In this document: positions 1 to 9,567 of the stretch, piece by piece
Position numbering within the stretch: the stretch's first letter is position 1
Layout: each line of letters begins with the position of its first letter
Source of the DNA: an uncultured Haloferula sp.
GTDB taxonomy: Bacteria; Verrucomicrobiota; Verrucomicrobiia; Verrucomicrobiales; Akkermansiaceae
Direction of reading: 5' to 3'
Length of the DNA stretch: 52,981 bases
NCBI GenBank assembly: GCA_965652295.1
Contig: CBFGTS010000022.1
Coordinates: forward strand, 1 to 52,981
Notes under the pieces: model-generated
Database searches by the model: none
What the model was told of the DNA's origin: nothing
What the model saw: the letters and a program-made list of their open reading frames with translations, nothing else
Translations under genes and position numbers: made by a program

Positions 1-266
1 ACTCCTTTCGACACCTTTTTTCAGAAAAATTTTGAGAACACCGAAACGCAGCTTCAGGGGGCCTTCCCACGACATACTATGCCCATCGTAGAAGGCTCCC
101 CGAAACCCTGTATTGGCGGACGGAGCGGGCCCGCAGCCGCCTGATAGCAACGGGCAATACCCCCCGACATCTCCCTGCTGCGCCTCCGCCCGACGCGGCT
201 TCTCCCGGCAGGGGCGGCATTCCTCTTTGCCGCCCGCCAGCCACTGTGCCAGCCTCGATTCCGACG

Positions 267-1055
267 ATGATGGCCGATCTTGAGTTTCTTTTCCTGGGAA
301 CGGGAACCTCCGTGGGGGTGCCGGTCATCGGCTGCCACTGCGAGGTTTGCACGTCGGCGGACCCCCGGAACCGCCGGACCCGCTCCTCCGCCATCGTCCG
401 CACCCGCGACCACTCGCTGCTCATCGATTCCGGGCCGGATCTACGCGAGCAGGCACTGAGGGAGCGGCTCGAGCGCGTCGATGCCGTGCTCTACACCCAC
501 GCGCATGTGGATCACGTGGTGGGTTTCGATGAACTGCGCGCCTTTTGCTGGCGGAGGAACGAACCTCTTCCTCTCCATGCCTGCTCCGAAACCCTTGGCG
601 TGATCCAGAGGATGTTCGCCTGGGCGTTCGATCCCTCCAACCGCTACCCCGGCTATGTGAAGCCGCTGGCGGCACCCTTCGGCGGGTCTTTCCGCTATGG
701 GGATCTTCTCATCACCCCCCTGCCGGTGCTCCATGGATCGGTGGATACGCACGGATTTCTTCTGGACCACCCGCGCGCGCCATCGCTGGCTTACATTCCT
801 GACGTGAAATCCCTGCCCGCGCCGACGGCCGAGCGCCTCCAGGGAATCGACATCCTGATCCTCGACTCCCTCCGCCCCCGCGACCACCCCACCCATCTTT
901 CCAATGACGAAGCGATCGCCTTGATCGACGAGCTGGGGGCGGCACGGGCGTGGTTGACCCACCTCGGCCATGAAAACGACCACTCCCGCTACGAAGCCAG
1001 TCTCCCGAAACACATCCGCGTCGCCCACGATGGGCTGAAGCTCTCCTTTCCATGA
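267..1055 (+). CDS. MBL-fold metallo-hydrolase (PhnP/YcfH-neighbour-like phosphodiesterase)
   Basis: FLGTGTSxGVP-C-x-C-xx-C N-terminus, THAHVDH metal motif, HxTH and THxGH motifs. Start is ATG 267 or 270. Confidence 0.9.
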   Translation: MMADLEFLFLGTGTSVGVPVIGCHCEVCTSADPRNRRTRSSAIVRTRDHSLLIDSGPDLREQALRERLERVDAVLYTHAHVDHVVGFDELRAFCWRRNEPLPLHACSETLGVIQRMFAWAFDPSNRYPGYVKPLAAPFGGSFRYGDLLITPLPVLHGSVDTHGFLLDHPRAPSLAYIPDVKSLPAPTAERLQGIDILILDSLRPRDHPTHLSNDEAIALIDELGAARAWLTHLGHENDHSRYEASLPKHIRVAHDGLKLSFP

Positions 1056-2632
1056 TCCGCTACCCTCTCATCGCTTTCCTGCTCCTCGCCGCCCCGCTCT
1101 GCCAGGCGGCCGAACTCGCGCTCGACCGTATCGCGATCGTCTACAACACCAGCCTTCCCGAGTCCGAGAAGCTCGCCCGCCACTACGCGCAGCAGCGGGG
1201 GATTGAGGAAAAGCAGCTCGTCGGCCTTGAGCTTCCGGACAAGGAACAGATCAGCCGCAAGGAGTTCGACGCGCTTCTCCGTGAGCCGCTCATTGAAGAA
1301 TTCGACCGCCGGCAGTGGTGGCTGAGAAAACCCCTGCCCGATGGCAAAAAGCAGCTCGCCGCGACCAAGGTGCGGGTGGTCGTGTGCATGCGCGGCGTTC
1401 CCAGCCGCATCTACCATGCCGACACCAAGGGGCCCGAGCCCGCCCAAGTAGCAAAATCCGATCCGCAGGCCGGCTTGCGCCGGATGATGAACACTGCCAG
1501 CGCCTCGGTGGATTCCGAGCTCACTCTGCTCGGCATTCCCGACACCCTGCCTCGAGGTCCCTTGGACAACCCGTATTTCAAAAGCATCACCCCGATCGCC
1601 ACCGCGGAAGTCCCGATCCTGCTCGTCGGTCGCATCGACGGGCCCAGCTTCGACGTCTGCCGGCGCATGATCGACGACGCCGTGGCGGTGGAAAAAACCG
1701 GCCTCTGGGGTTTTGCCGTCGTGGACATCGCCAACAAGTCCGACCCGCGTGACCCGAACGGTGACCCGTGGTTCCAAGATGTCGTCAAGGACATCCATTC
1801 GCGCGGGATCCCGGTCATGACCGACCGTTTCGACCAGACCCTTCCCAACGGCTTTCCCCTCCCGCCCACCGCCCTCTATTACGGCTGGTATGCCGGAAAC
1901 GTGAACGGCCCGTTTGTCACCAAGGGCTTTCGTTTCAAGCGGGGCGCGATCGCCGTGCACCTCCACTCCTTCAGTGCCGCGCAGCTCCGCCAGCCCGGGA
2001 AAAACTGGTGCGCTCCCCTCCTCGCCCGCGGGGCCGCCGCCACTCTCGGCAACACCTTCGAGCCCTTCCTTCACCTCACCCACCACCTCGATGTCTTCAA
2101 CGACCGCCTGCTGCGCGGACACACACTCGTCGAAGCCGCCTACATGGCGATGCCCGTCGTTTCCTGGCAGGGCGTCGTGATCGGCGATCCGCTCTACCGG
2201 CCCTTCGCTCATCTCGACGGCTCCGGGGTGAAACAGGACACCGACCGGGTTTTCCGCGCCTTGAGGATCGCCCGCATGAGGTGGCAGGACGACGACCGCG
2301 CGCGCCATGAAGCTCTCAAGGACGCCGCCGAACGGATGCAGAGCGGCCAAATGATGGAAGCCCTCGCCTTGGACCATGCCGAGAGCCTCGCCCCCGATAT
2401 CGCCGGCACCCTGCTGCGCCGGGCCGGCGAACTCTATCGGGACCGCTCCGATCAGCTCCGCACCGAGCTCCTGACGGTGAAACTCGACCGCGAACGCGGC
2501 CTCCGTGCCGCCGCCCTGCAGGGGCTGCGCACCGCCATCGTCCGCTATCCCGACCTTCCGGGAAAACAAGCCGCCGAGCAGTGGCTCAAGGTCCTCGAAC
2601 CACCGCCCGCCTCCGCAAAAGCCAGGAAATGA
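1052..2632 (+). CDS. TIGR03790 family exported protein
   Basis: Signal peptide; motifs VYN...S..LA.HY, ASVDSEL, NPYF, GRIDG, YYGWY, HLHSFSA, GNxxEP, SWQ..IGDPLY. ATGA overlap with the upstream gene. Confidence 0.85.
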   Translation: MIRYPLIAFLLLAAPLCQAAELALDRIAIVYNTSLPESEKLARHYAQQRGIEEKQLVGLELPDKEQISRKEFDALLREPLIEEFDRRQWWLRKPLPDGKKQLAATKVRVVVCMRGVPSRIYHADTKGPEPAQVAKSDPQAGLRRMMNTASASVDSELTLLGIPDTLPRGPLDNPYFKSITPIATAEVPILLVGRIDGPSFDVCRRMIDDAVAVEKTGLWGFAVVDIANKSDPRDPNGDPWFQDVVKDIHSRGIPVMTDRFDQTLPNGFPLPPTALYYGWYAGNVNGPFVTKGFRFKRGAIAVHLHSFSAAQLRQPGKNWCAPLLARGAAATLGNTFEPFLHLTHHLDVFNDRLLRGHTLVEAAYMAMPVVSWQGVVIGDPLYRPFAHLDGSGVKQDTDRVFRALRIARMRWQDDDRARHEALKDAAERMQSGQMMEALALDHAESLAPDIAGTLLRRAGELYRDRSDQLRTELLTVKLDRERGLRAAALQGLRTAIVRYPDLPGKQAAEQWLKVLEPPPASAKARK

Positions 2633-2690
2633 CGCCTCCGGCATTCTTGCATTGCTCATCCGAACAGCCTTCTAACATAGTGGCAGCGTC

Positions 2691-4052
2691 ATGGACGCCT
2701 ATCGGTCCCTTCTCCGGGAAACCCGCAGCCACCTCGCGGAAGGCCCGCCCCTTCCCATTCCGGACGAACTGGAACTCCAGGCGATCTGGTTCGCAGGCGG
2801 GTTCGGCCGCGATCTCCTGACGACCGACCGCCGCAAGGTCCGGATTGTCCAATTCGGCGAGTGGAACCGCTCCGCCGGCCCCGATTTCCTCCACTGCGTC
2901 GTGGAAATCGATGGCGTCTCCCGGCATGGCGCGATCGAGCTCGACCGCGATCCCGCCGACTGGGAAGTGCACGGCCACGGCGCCGACCCCGCCTTCACCT
3001 CGGTCGTCCTGCACGTCGCCTTCCGCCCGCCGCATGCCGATATTTTCGTCCGCGATGCCGGCCACCGGCTGATTCCGCAGGTCATCATCGCGCCCCACGA
3101 GCTTTCCGCCGCGCTCCAGCGGCCCGCCCGCGCCACCGCCATCGGGCGCCCCGGCCGCTGCGTCCATCCCCTCGCCCACCTTCCCGAGGCCTCCGTGCGC
3201 TCCCTGCTCCGCCAATCCGCCGCCCACCGCGCCGCGATCAAGGCCGGCCGTTTCCTCCGCACCGCCGACGCCCACGGCCGTGACGCCGCCCTTTTCCAAG
3301 CCACCGCTGAGGCCCTCGGCTACCGCGCCAACGCCCTGGCCATGCGTCTTCTCGCCCAGCGCGCGCCCATCACCCCGCTCCGGGCTGTCGAGGACCCCGA
3401 CGCCGTGCTCTTCGGCATCGCCGGTTTCCTCGCTCCCGATCTTCACGAATCCGCCCCGCCCGATACCCGCCTCCACCTTCGGGAAATGTGGGACCGCTGG
3501 TGGAAATACCGCGGCCCCTGGGAATGCGCCCACCCCATCCCGTGGCGCATGCACGGCCAGCGCCCCGCGAATCACCCCCACCGCCGCGTCGCCGCCCTCG
3601 CGCAGCTCGTCCGCCAATGGCCCGCGTTCCGAAAACGCGCTCTCGCCCGACCCTTCCATCCGAAGCCCCTCATTGAGTTCCTCGAAACCCTCGCCGATCC
3701 CTTCTGGAACAATCGCCACACCCTCTCCTCCGCCAAGGCGGCACGCCCCATCGCACTCTTCGGCAAAGCCAAGGCCATCGAATTGCTCTCCAACCACCTC
3801 ATTCCCCTCGCCCTCCACGAAGACTCCGTTTTCAACCTCGAAGCCTACCTCCAGCTCCCCGCTGGCGCGAAAAACGAAAACGTCCGCCGCTGCGCGATCC
3901 GCCTTTTCGGCAGCGAGGAAAAGGCCGCTCCCTGGCTGAAAAAAGCCGCCCACCACCAAGCCCTCCTCCAGATTTACCACGACTTCTGCCTCGAAGACCT
4001 CAGCGATTGCCACCGCTGCCCCTTTCCCGAACAACTCGCCCAGTGGCGTTGA
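2691..4052 (+). CDS. DUF2851 family protein
   Basis: GEWN..AGPDF, G.IE.D, W..HGH..DP, VVLHV, RPANHP.RR and a C-terminal C-x6-C-xx-C cluster. Confidence 0.85.
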   Translation: MDAYRSLLRETRSHLAEGPPLPIPDELELQAIWFAGGFGRDLLTTDRRKVRIVQFGEWNRSAGPDFLHCVVEIDGVSRHGAIELDRDPADWEVHGHGADPAFTSVVLHVAFRPPHADIFVRDAGHRLIPQVIIAPHELSAALQRPARATAIGRPGRCVHPLAHLPEASVRSLLRQSAAHRAAIKAGRFLRTADAHGRDAALFQATAEALGYRANALAMRLLAQRAPITPLRAVEDPDAVLFGIAGFLAPDLHESAPPDTRLHLREMWDRWWKYRGPWECAHPIPWRMHGQRPANHPHRRVAALAQLVRQWPAFRKRALARPFHPKPLIEFLETLADPFWNNRHTLSSAKAARPIALFGKAKAIELLSNHLIPLALHEDSVFNLEAYLQLPAGAKNENVRRCAIRLFGSEEKAAPWLKKAAHHQALLQIYHDFCLEDLSDCHRCPFPEQLAQWR

Positions 4053-5173
4053 TGCCTACTGCCATGCACGAAGCCCTCCTCACCCTCAACGCCCTGCCCA
4101 AGATCGGCCCCGTCCGCATCCGCCGGCTGCTCGACCACTTCGGCTCCGCCGACAAAATTCTCGCCGCCCCCAAGGACACGCTCCTCCGCATCAATGGCGT
4201 CGGTCCCGAGCTCGCCGAAATCATCCGCAACCACGCCTCCCTCGCCGATCCCGCCACCGAACTCGCCGAGCTGGCCGAACGCGGACTCTCCATCATCACC
4301 CCCGCCGACCCCGTCTTCCCGCCTGGTCTGCGCGATTCCTACGATTGTCCCATCCTCCTCTACGTCTGGGGCGAGATCCTAGAGCGCGACCGCCACGCCA
4401 TCGCCGTCGTCGGCACCCGCCGTGCCACTCACTACGGGAAAAACAGCACCAAAAAGCTCGCCTACCAGCTCGCCCGCTCCGGTTTCACCATCCTTTCCGG
4501 GCTCGCTCGCGGCATCGATACCACCGCCCACGAGGCCGCCATCGCCGCCACCGGCCGGACCATCGCCGTGATCGGCTCCGGCCTCGCCCGCATCTATCCC
4601 GCCGAGAACCTCGCCCTCGCCGAGAAAATCGCCAATGGCCACGGCGCCGTCGTCAGCGAATTCCCCCTCCACACCAAGCCCGACAAGCAAACCTTCCCCC
4701 AGCGCAACCGGATCGTCGCCGCCTGGTCCCGCGCCCTGATCGTCACCGAGTCCCCCGCCTGGTCCGGCTCCCTCATCACCGCCAACCTCGCCGCCGAATA
4801 CGGCCGCCCCGTCTACGCCGTCCCCGGCCCTATCGACAAACCCACCTCCGGCGGCTGCAACAAGCTCATCCGCGAGGGTGCCACCCTCCTCACCGATGCC
4901 GGCGAACTCCTCGACGACCTCTCCAACCTCGGACTCCCAAAAGCATCGGTCTCCGCCCAGGCCGCCTCCGCGGCCGCGGAAAAGCCCGACATGCCCGAGC
5001 TTCCCGCCGAAGAACAGACCCTCATCGACGCCCTCGGCGACTCCGAATCCGGCATCGACCGCCTCGTCGATCTCACCGGCCTCAGCGCCCCCGTCGTTTC
5101 CACCACCCTCCTCAAGCTCGAAATGAAGCGCCTCGTCCGCGCTCTCCCCGGCTTCCGCTACGTGAGGCGTTAG
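4052..5173 (+). CDS. dprA: DNA-processing protein DprA
   Basis: AVVGTR, SGLARGID, FPQRNRI, GSLITA, VYAVPG and a C-terminal winged helix. TGATG coupling to DUF2851; alternative start 4064. Confidence 0.95.
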   Translation: MPTAMHEALLTLNALPKIGPVRIRRLLDHFGSADKILAAPKDTLLRINGVGPELAEIIRNHASLADPATELAELAERGLSIITPADPVFPPGLRDSYDCPILLYVWGEILERDRHAIAVVGTRRATHYGKNSTKKLAYQLARSGFTILSGLARGIDTTAHEAAIAATGRTIAVIGSGLARIYPAENLALAEKIANGHGAVVSEFPLHTKPDKQTFPQRNRIVAAWSRALIVTESPAWSGSLITANLAAEYGRPVYAVPGPIDKPTSGGCNKLIREGATLLTDAGELLDDLSNLGLPKASVSAQAASAAAEKPDMPELPAEEQTLIDALGDSESGIDRLVDLTGLSAPVVSTTLLKLEMKRLVRALPGFRYVRR

Positions 5174-5183
5174 CCCCCGTGGC

Positions 5184-5200
5184 GGCGGATTTCATCCGCC
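5184..5200. repeat. short REP-like palindrome GGCGGAT-TTC-ATCCGCC
   Basis: Perfect 7-bp inverted repeat between convergent genes, preceded by GTGGC. Confidence 0.4.
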
Positions 5201-5284
5201 ATGCCCCAACCCGCAACCCCGCTTGAAGCGGTTCATCGACCTGATCGAATTTCCCTGAACCAGCGCATCCGAGCACCACCAACT

Positions 5285-7336
5285 TCAAAGCTCCAGCCTC
5301 ACCCGGTAAAATGCCCCGCCCGCCGGCGGCTCCGGGTCCGTGAAACCCGTCTCCGGTGCTTCCCCCGCGACCTCGCCAATCGGCTCCCAGCCTAAAAGAT
5401 CGCCCGATCTCTCAACTCCAAAAGTCACCCCGCTCACCCCCGGCCACCGCAGCTCGTTGGCCGCCAGACGACAGCGGAACGACTCGGAGGAAGACGCAGG
5501 ATCCAGTCCCAGGGCCGCCTCGACCGCATTGATCGAACCATCGCCATCAAAGTCGCCCTGCGGCCCTTCGCGCAGATCTCCAAAAGCGTCGAACTCCCAA
5601 CCGTCAGCAAGGCTGTCACCATCCACATCCGAGCCCGCCGTCACCCGCCTCACTTCCACTCCGCTCACCCCCGTTTCACCGGCGATGCCCTCGATCGAGA
5701 TCTCCTCCGAACTCCCCTCCGCCAGCCACGCCGCATCGATCCATCCCGCCGCCACCACACTCCGCGGCGTTCCACCGAGCCGCACCTCCGAGCTTCCCCC
5801 CACCGGCACCACCGCAACCCGCATATGGTAGCGCTCCCCCGGCACGAAGCCGTCGCAGACCTGCCGGATCGATCCGCCAACTCCGACCCAGCCGCCCTCC
5901 GGCGATGCCCCGGCCGCGCCCGAGAAATCCCACACCATCCCCGCTGGCCGCGTCGCCCGCTGCGACCGCGCCGGTAAGGAGAATCCGGCATTCCCCACCT
6001 CGATCACGTCCCGCTCGAAGCATCCCAGATCCGGCGCTCCGCCTGTAAACGGCGCGCCGACAGCGGTTCCCGCGTCGATCAGATCGCTCCCCTCCTTCAG
6101 CCGCATCAGCGGGATCGCCGGAAGCGCCCCGCTTGCTTGTCGCGGAGTGGTGAGAAGCGATTCGTCGAGGCTTTCGAAATCCGTCGCCGTCACGTTCACG
6201 CTCAGATCAAAGAAGTTGTGGCTCGAGTCGCAGGCCGCCAGGTCCGCGTTGGCCAGCTCCACCAGCGTTGCCGCGTGCCCCAGATCGTTGCGGAGGAAAT
6301 GCCCGTAGCCATCCACGTCCGTCAGGTTGTCCGCCGTCCGGCACAGCAGATTGAAGTTCCGCTTGTTGCGCCACGCGGTGTTTCCCACGAAGTCCACCCC
6401 GCCCGGATGGTGGTTGGAATAAAAACCGCTCTGCTTGTTGCGAACCGCCAGACACCCCCGCACCACATGGCGCGGAACCGGGTCCGGCAGGCTCGCCGCC
6501 CCCGTGCCACCATAGCCTCCGGCTTTGAAACCATTGCCATTGCCCAGGCTCTGGAACGAACTATTGAACCCATTGTAGAACGCCCAGCAGCCCTCGAACG
6601 TCACCGGGCTCGCCGCGCTGATGCAGTCATACCCGTCGTCGCTGTTGAACCACGCCCGGCAGCCCCGGAAGACATTCCCCGGACCGATCCCGTAGTGGCA
6701 GCCGAAGCCATCGACGTTTCCACCCACTCCCCCGTCCGAGGTGAAATCCCAGTTCCGGTATGCATCACAGTTCAGCACCAGATTGTGGCTGCCTCCCCCG
6801 ATCATCATGCCGATCGCCTGATTGTCCCGCATCACCAACCGCTCGAAGACATTGTGGCTGCCGGAATTTTCGAAGCAGATCGACTGCGTGTGCGTCGTGA
6901 TGTTCACCGGCACCCCCGTCACCGTCAGGCCGCGGAAATGCAGCCAGTCTCCGGTGATGTGGAACGTGTAGATCCGGTAGCCTGCCGGATTCACCGCGCT
7001 CAGATCGAACACCGGCTCCTCTCCGGGGTAGGCCCAGTATCGGATCGGCTCCGCCTCCGTGCCGCTCTTACCCAGATCGAACACCCGCGCAAAAATTCCG
7101 CTGTATTGCGCCACCTCCGAAACCTCCACCGCATGGGTTCCGCCGCGGAAATACACCGTCGTCCCCGGCTCCACCTCCTGCTGCGCCCGCCCCAGCGTCG
7201 CGAAGGGCTCCGCCAGCGTCCCCGGGTTTCCATCATCCCCATCCGGAGCCACGTAGAGAAACTCAGCCCCTCCCGCCACCGTCGCCGCCCACAGGCAGCA
7301 AAGCAAAAGCATGGGACCTCGGAGAAACGCCGACAT
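5285..7336 (-). CDS. secreted polysaccharide lyase family 9 (pectate lyase-like beta-helix) with C-terminal accessory domain
   Basis: YVAPDGDDGNPGT..PF.T, GGNVDGFG.H, RAW.NSDDG.D, GNGNGFKAGG, APDLG.FE; C-terminal DxDGDxxxDxWE motifs and FYRV end. Confidence 0.85.
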   Translation of the reverse strand: MSAFLRGPMLLLCCLWAATVAGGAEFLYVAPDGDDGNPGTLAEPFATLGRAQQEVEPGTTVYFRGGTHAVEVSEVAQYSGIFARVFDLGKSGTEAEPIRYWAYPGEEPVFDLSAVNPAGYRIYTFHITGDWLHFRGLTVTGVPVNITTHTQSICFENSGSHNVFERLVMRDNQAIGMMIGGGSHNLVLNCDAYRNWDFTSDGGVGGNVDGFGCHYGIGPGNVFRGCRAWFNSDDGYDCISAASPVTFEGCWAFYNGFNSSFQSLGNGNGFKAGGYGGTGAASLPDPVPRHVVRGCLAVRNKQSGFYSNHHPGGVDFVGNTAWRNKRNFNLLCRTADNLTDVDGYGHFLRNDLGHAATLVELANADLAACDSSHNFFDLSVNVTATDFESLDESLLTTPRQASGALPAIPLMRLKEGSDLIDAGTAVGAPFTGGAPDLGCFERDVIEVGNAGFSLPARSQRATRPAGMVWDFSGAAGASPEGGWVGVGGSIRQVCDGFVPGERYHMRVAVVPVGGSSEVRLGGTPRSVVAAGWIDAAWLAEGSSEEISIEGIAGETGVSGVEVRRVTAGSDVDGDSLADGWEFDAFGDLREGPQGDFDGDGSINAVEAALGLDPASSSESFRCRLAANELRWPGVSGVTFGVERSGDLLGWEPIGEVAGEAPETGFTDPEPPAGGAFYRVRLEL

Positions 7337-7385
7337 CCCCCGACTGTGCAGTATTCTGGAGCCCCGTGAAGATCACCCGGTGCGG

Positions 7386-9404
7386 TTATGGGCCGATCCC
7401 CGCGTCTTCGTTGAGCAGCTCCAACAACTCCTTCCGCCCCTGGGCCACCACCTTTTCCTCGTAGGCCAGAAAGCCGAGACCGCCCTCCGCTCCGCCGCTG
7501 AAAGGATCGAGGCGCACCCAGTGCCTTTCCTCTTGATAAAGCGCCCAGGTCAAAAGCGACACGGCCAGGACACCACCCGCCAAGCCGGCAAGATAAAGCC
7601 GCGCAATCATCAGCCGGTCCAAGGCCGCACCACTTCCCCTCATGAGCGTACGAGCCGTCGTCGCCACGAGCGCGACAAGGCCCAGTCCGCCGAGCAGCCA
7701 TCCGAAATGGTGCCAGGTCGCCCAGCCTTGATCATCCGGCGTCCACGATCCGATCCAAGGAAGCGCCGCTCCCGCGGAAATGGCAGCGAGCAAGGGAATC
7801 CGGCACCGCGCCCTACCGCTCCCGAGGAACCCAAAGCGTTTTGTCATCCTCCACCTCGCCACCGCCAGCACGGCCGCCAGGAGCATCACCACCAGGCAGG
7901 CAATTTGGCTGCCTCCCACTTCCAGCCACGAAACCCTCACACTCCAATCCAAGCCTCCCCACGGCGTCCCATAGCGGACCAACGCGAACCAAGCCAACGG
8001 CACGCACACCGCCGCCACGATCCAGGCGTGGTCAGCAGCAGTCCACCCCCGCCCCACTGAACTGGCCAAGGAGCGGTCCAATCGATTCGTCATCTTGGCC
8101 ACCAAGGCAACCGCACCCGCGACCAGCCCCAGGAGCGCTGCCAACGCGATGAACAGCACTCGAGTCCAAATCGCGTGGTCTGCCCGGCGGCCCGGTAAAA
8201 GGTCCTCGTTTGGGATGGCGGGAGGCGCAGCGACCTGACGCGAAAGCAGGGGAGCCGTCATCGAAGCCAAGATTGGCCCCCTCTCCACGAGCCTGTTTTC
8301 AAAAGCCGAATCGGCCGTATCGCGCGTCGATGCTATGTCCTGGTAGGTTTTCAGCTCGTCACGAAGCCGAACCAATTCGCGCAGATGCTCCGATGACAAG
8401 CCTGCATGGCCTGCCGCACCCACAAGCTCGTCCAGCGTCGATCGGTAGAAAACACGCGCTACCAGGAGGTTTACCAGCGACCCATCTTCCTCGACCAGCA
8501 TCCGACTCAATCGAGTTTGGATCTTTGCCAATTCCCTGATTCCGTCGTGATCGCCAGCTTCCGCGAGTCTCCATGCCTCGACGGACAAGCAATCGCCCAA
8601 TTTCCGCGCGGCAATAACGCCGGATATAGGAAGCTGCGCACCGATGATTGCCTTCTCTATGGAGCTACGGTGATCGTGGACGGGGCTCAGCAGCTCCATC
8701 TGCCGCCGAAGCAGTTCGAGGCTCCGGGAAGAAATGAAATCAGCTTGAGAAGCATTCCGAGCAAAGCGGAGCGCCTCGCTAAAGGCTTCCGAATCCAGCA
8801 TCCGCCATTCCGTCTTCTTTCCAGCTGCCCGTTCCCGGTCAGTGGGAAAATCGGCTTCAACCGCGTCGTTGGCGAAGCGGCCGCCCGCAATCAAATCATA
8901 CCACCCGTTCCTAGGGTCAATTCTCTCAACATCGGCCCAAATCTCATTCGAAAACTCTCGATCCTCCGAAGTCATCGCAGAGGCGTAGCGCGCCAACACT
9001 GCTGGGTCGTCCGGCTCCATTTTTCTCAATGGCAACCAGCGCAAGTCCTCTCTCTCCTGATCCAAATCACCAAACACAAAGATCCGGTCTCCTTCGTCGA
9101 GAGACTTGGCCAACTTCCTCTCCAGATCCCGACCGTCGCCCAACCAAAAGCTCTCCCGAGCTGATCTCAAAAACATCACTTCCTCCACCGGCCTCCACAG
9201 CGCCGCGACGAACGCCCCCAGCGCCAGCAGCCACAGGAGCCACTTCCAGCCCCGTTTCCCGCGCAGCTCCGGATACTCCGCCGGCTCGGGATTTCCCTCC
9301 ATCCTCTCGACCAACCGCGCCCGCGCCAGCAGCTCCAGCTCGGCGTTGGCAGCCATCGGCGCGATCGCCTGACGGATGAATTTCTCCCGCTCCCCATCAC
9401 TCAT
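7386..9404 (-). CDS. hypothetical multi-pass membrane protein with a large extracytoplasmic domain
   Basis: 672-aa ORF with one N-terminal TM segment, about 330 aa soluble region, then 5-6 hydrophobic segments. Confidence 0.7.
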   Translation of the reverse strand: MSDGEREKFIRQAIAPMAANAELELLARARLVERMEGNPEPAEYPELRGKRGWKWLLWLLALGAFVAALWRPVEEVMFLRSARESFWLGDGRDLERKLAKSLDEGDRIFVFGDLDQEREDLRWLPLRKMEPDDPAVLARYASAMTSEDREFSNEIWADVERIDPRNGWYDLIAGGRFANDAVEADFPTDRERAAGKKTEWRMLDSEAFSEALRFARNASQADFISSRSLELLRRQMELLSPVHDHRSSIEKAIIGAQLPISGVIAARKLGDCLSVEAWRLAEAGDHDGIRELAKIQTRLSRMLVEEDGSLVNLLVARVFYRSTLDELVGAAGHAGLSSEHLRELVRLRDELKTYQDIASTRDTADSAFENRLVERGPILASMTAPLLSRQVAAPPAIPNEDLLPGRRADHAIWTRVLFIALAALLGLVAGAVALVAKMTNRLDRSLASSVGRGWTAADHAWIVAAVCVPLAWFALVRYGTPWGGLDWSVRVSWLEVGGSQIACLVVMLLAAVLAVARWRMTKRFGFLGSGRARCRIPLLAAISAGAALPWIGSWTPDDQGWATWHHFGWLLGGLGLVALVATTARTLMRGSGAALDRLMIARLYLAGLAGGVLAVSLLTWALYQEERHWVRLDPFSGGAEGGLGFLAYEEKVVAQGRKELLELLNEDAGIGP

Positions 9405-9567
9405 CGGTCCGTCCGATAGCAGCCCCCGTTTTTACCTCCAAGCCCGGAAGCCAGGACCGCCCGATTCCCCACCTTCACAATTTCATCCCCTACGGGGATC
9501 GGCCGCCGCGTTCCCGAATGCCCTTGCCAAGGCGGCCCCGCCCCGTCTAGTGCGTCGCCACCGAGCC

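Noticed and set aside
1..240. AT-rich tract at the window edge and a GGCATTCCTCTTTGC sigma-54-like string
   Set aside because: The context is truncated, and the spacing is N11 rather than the obligatory N10.
989..4034. Long antisense ORFs (989-2659, 2586-4034, and similarly 43889-45520, 47017-48825, 37125-38630)
   Set aside because: Typical stop-poor reverse frames of high-GC genes, with no recognisable motifs.
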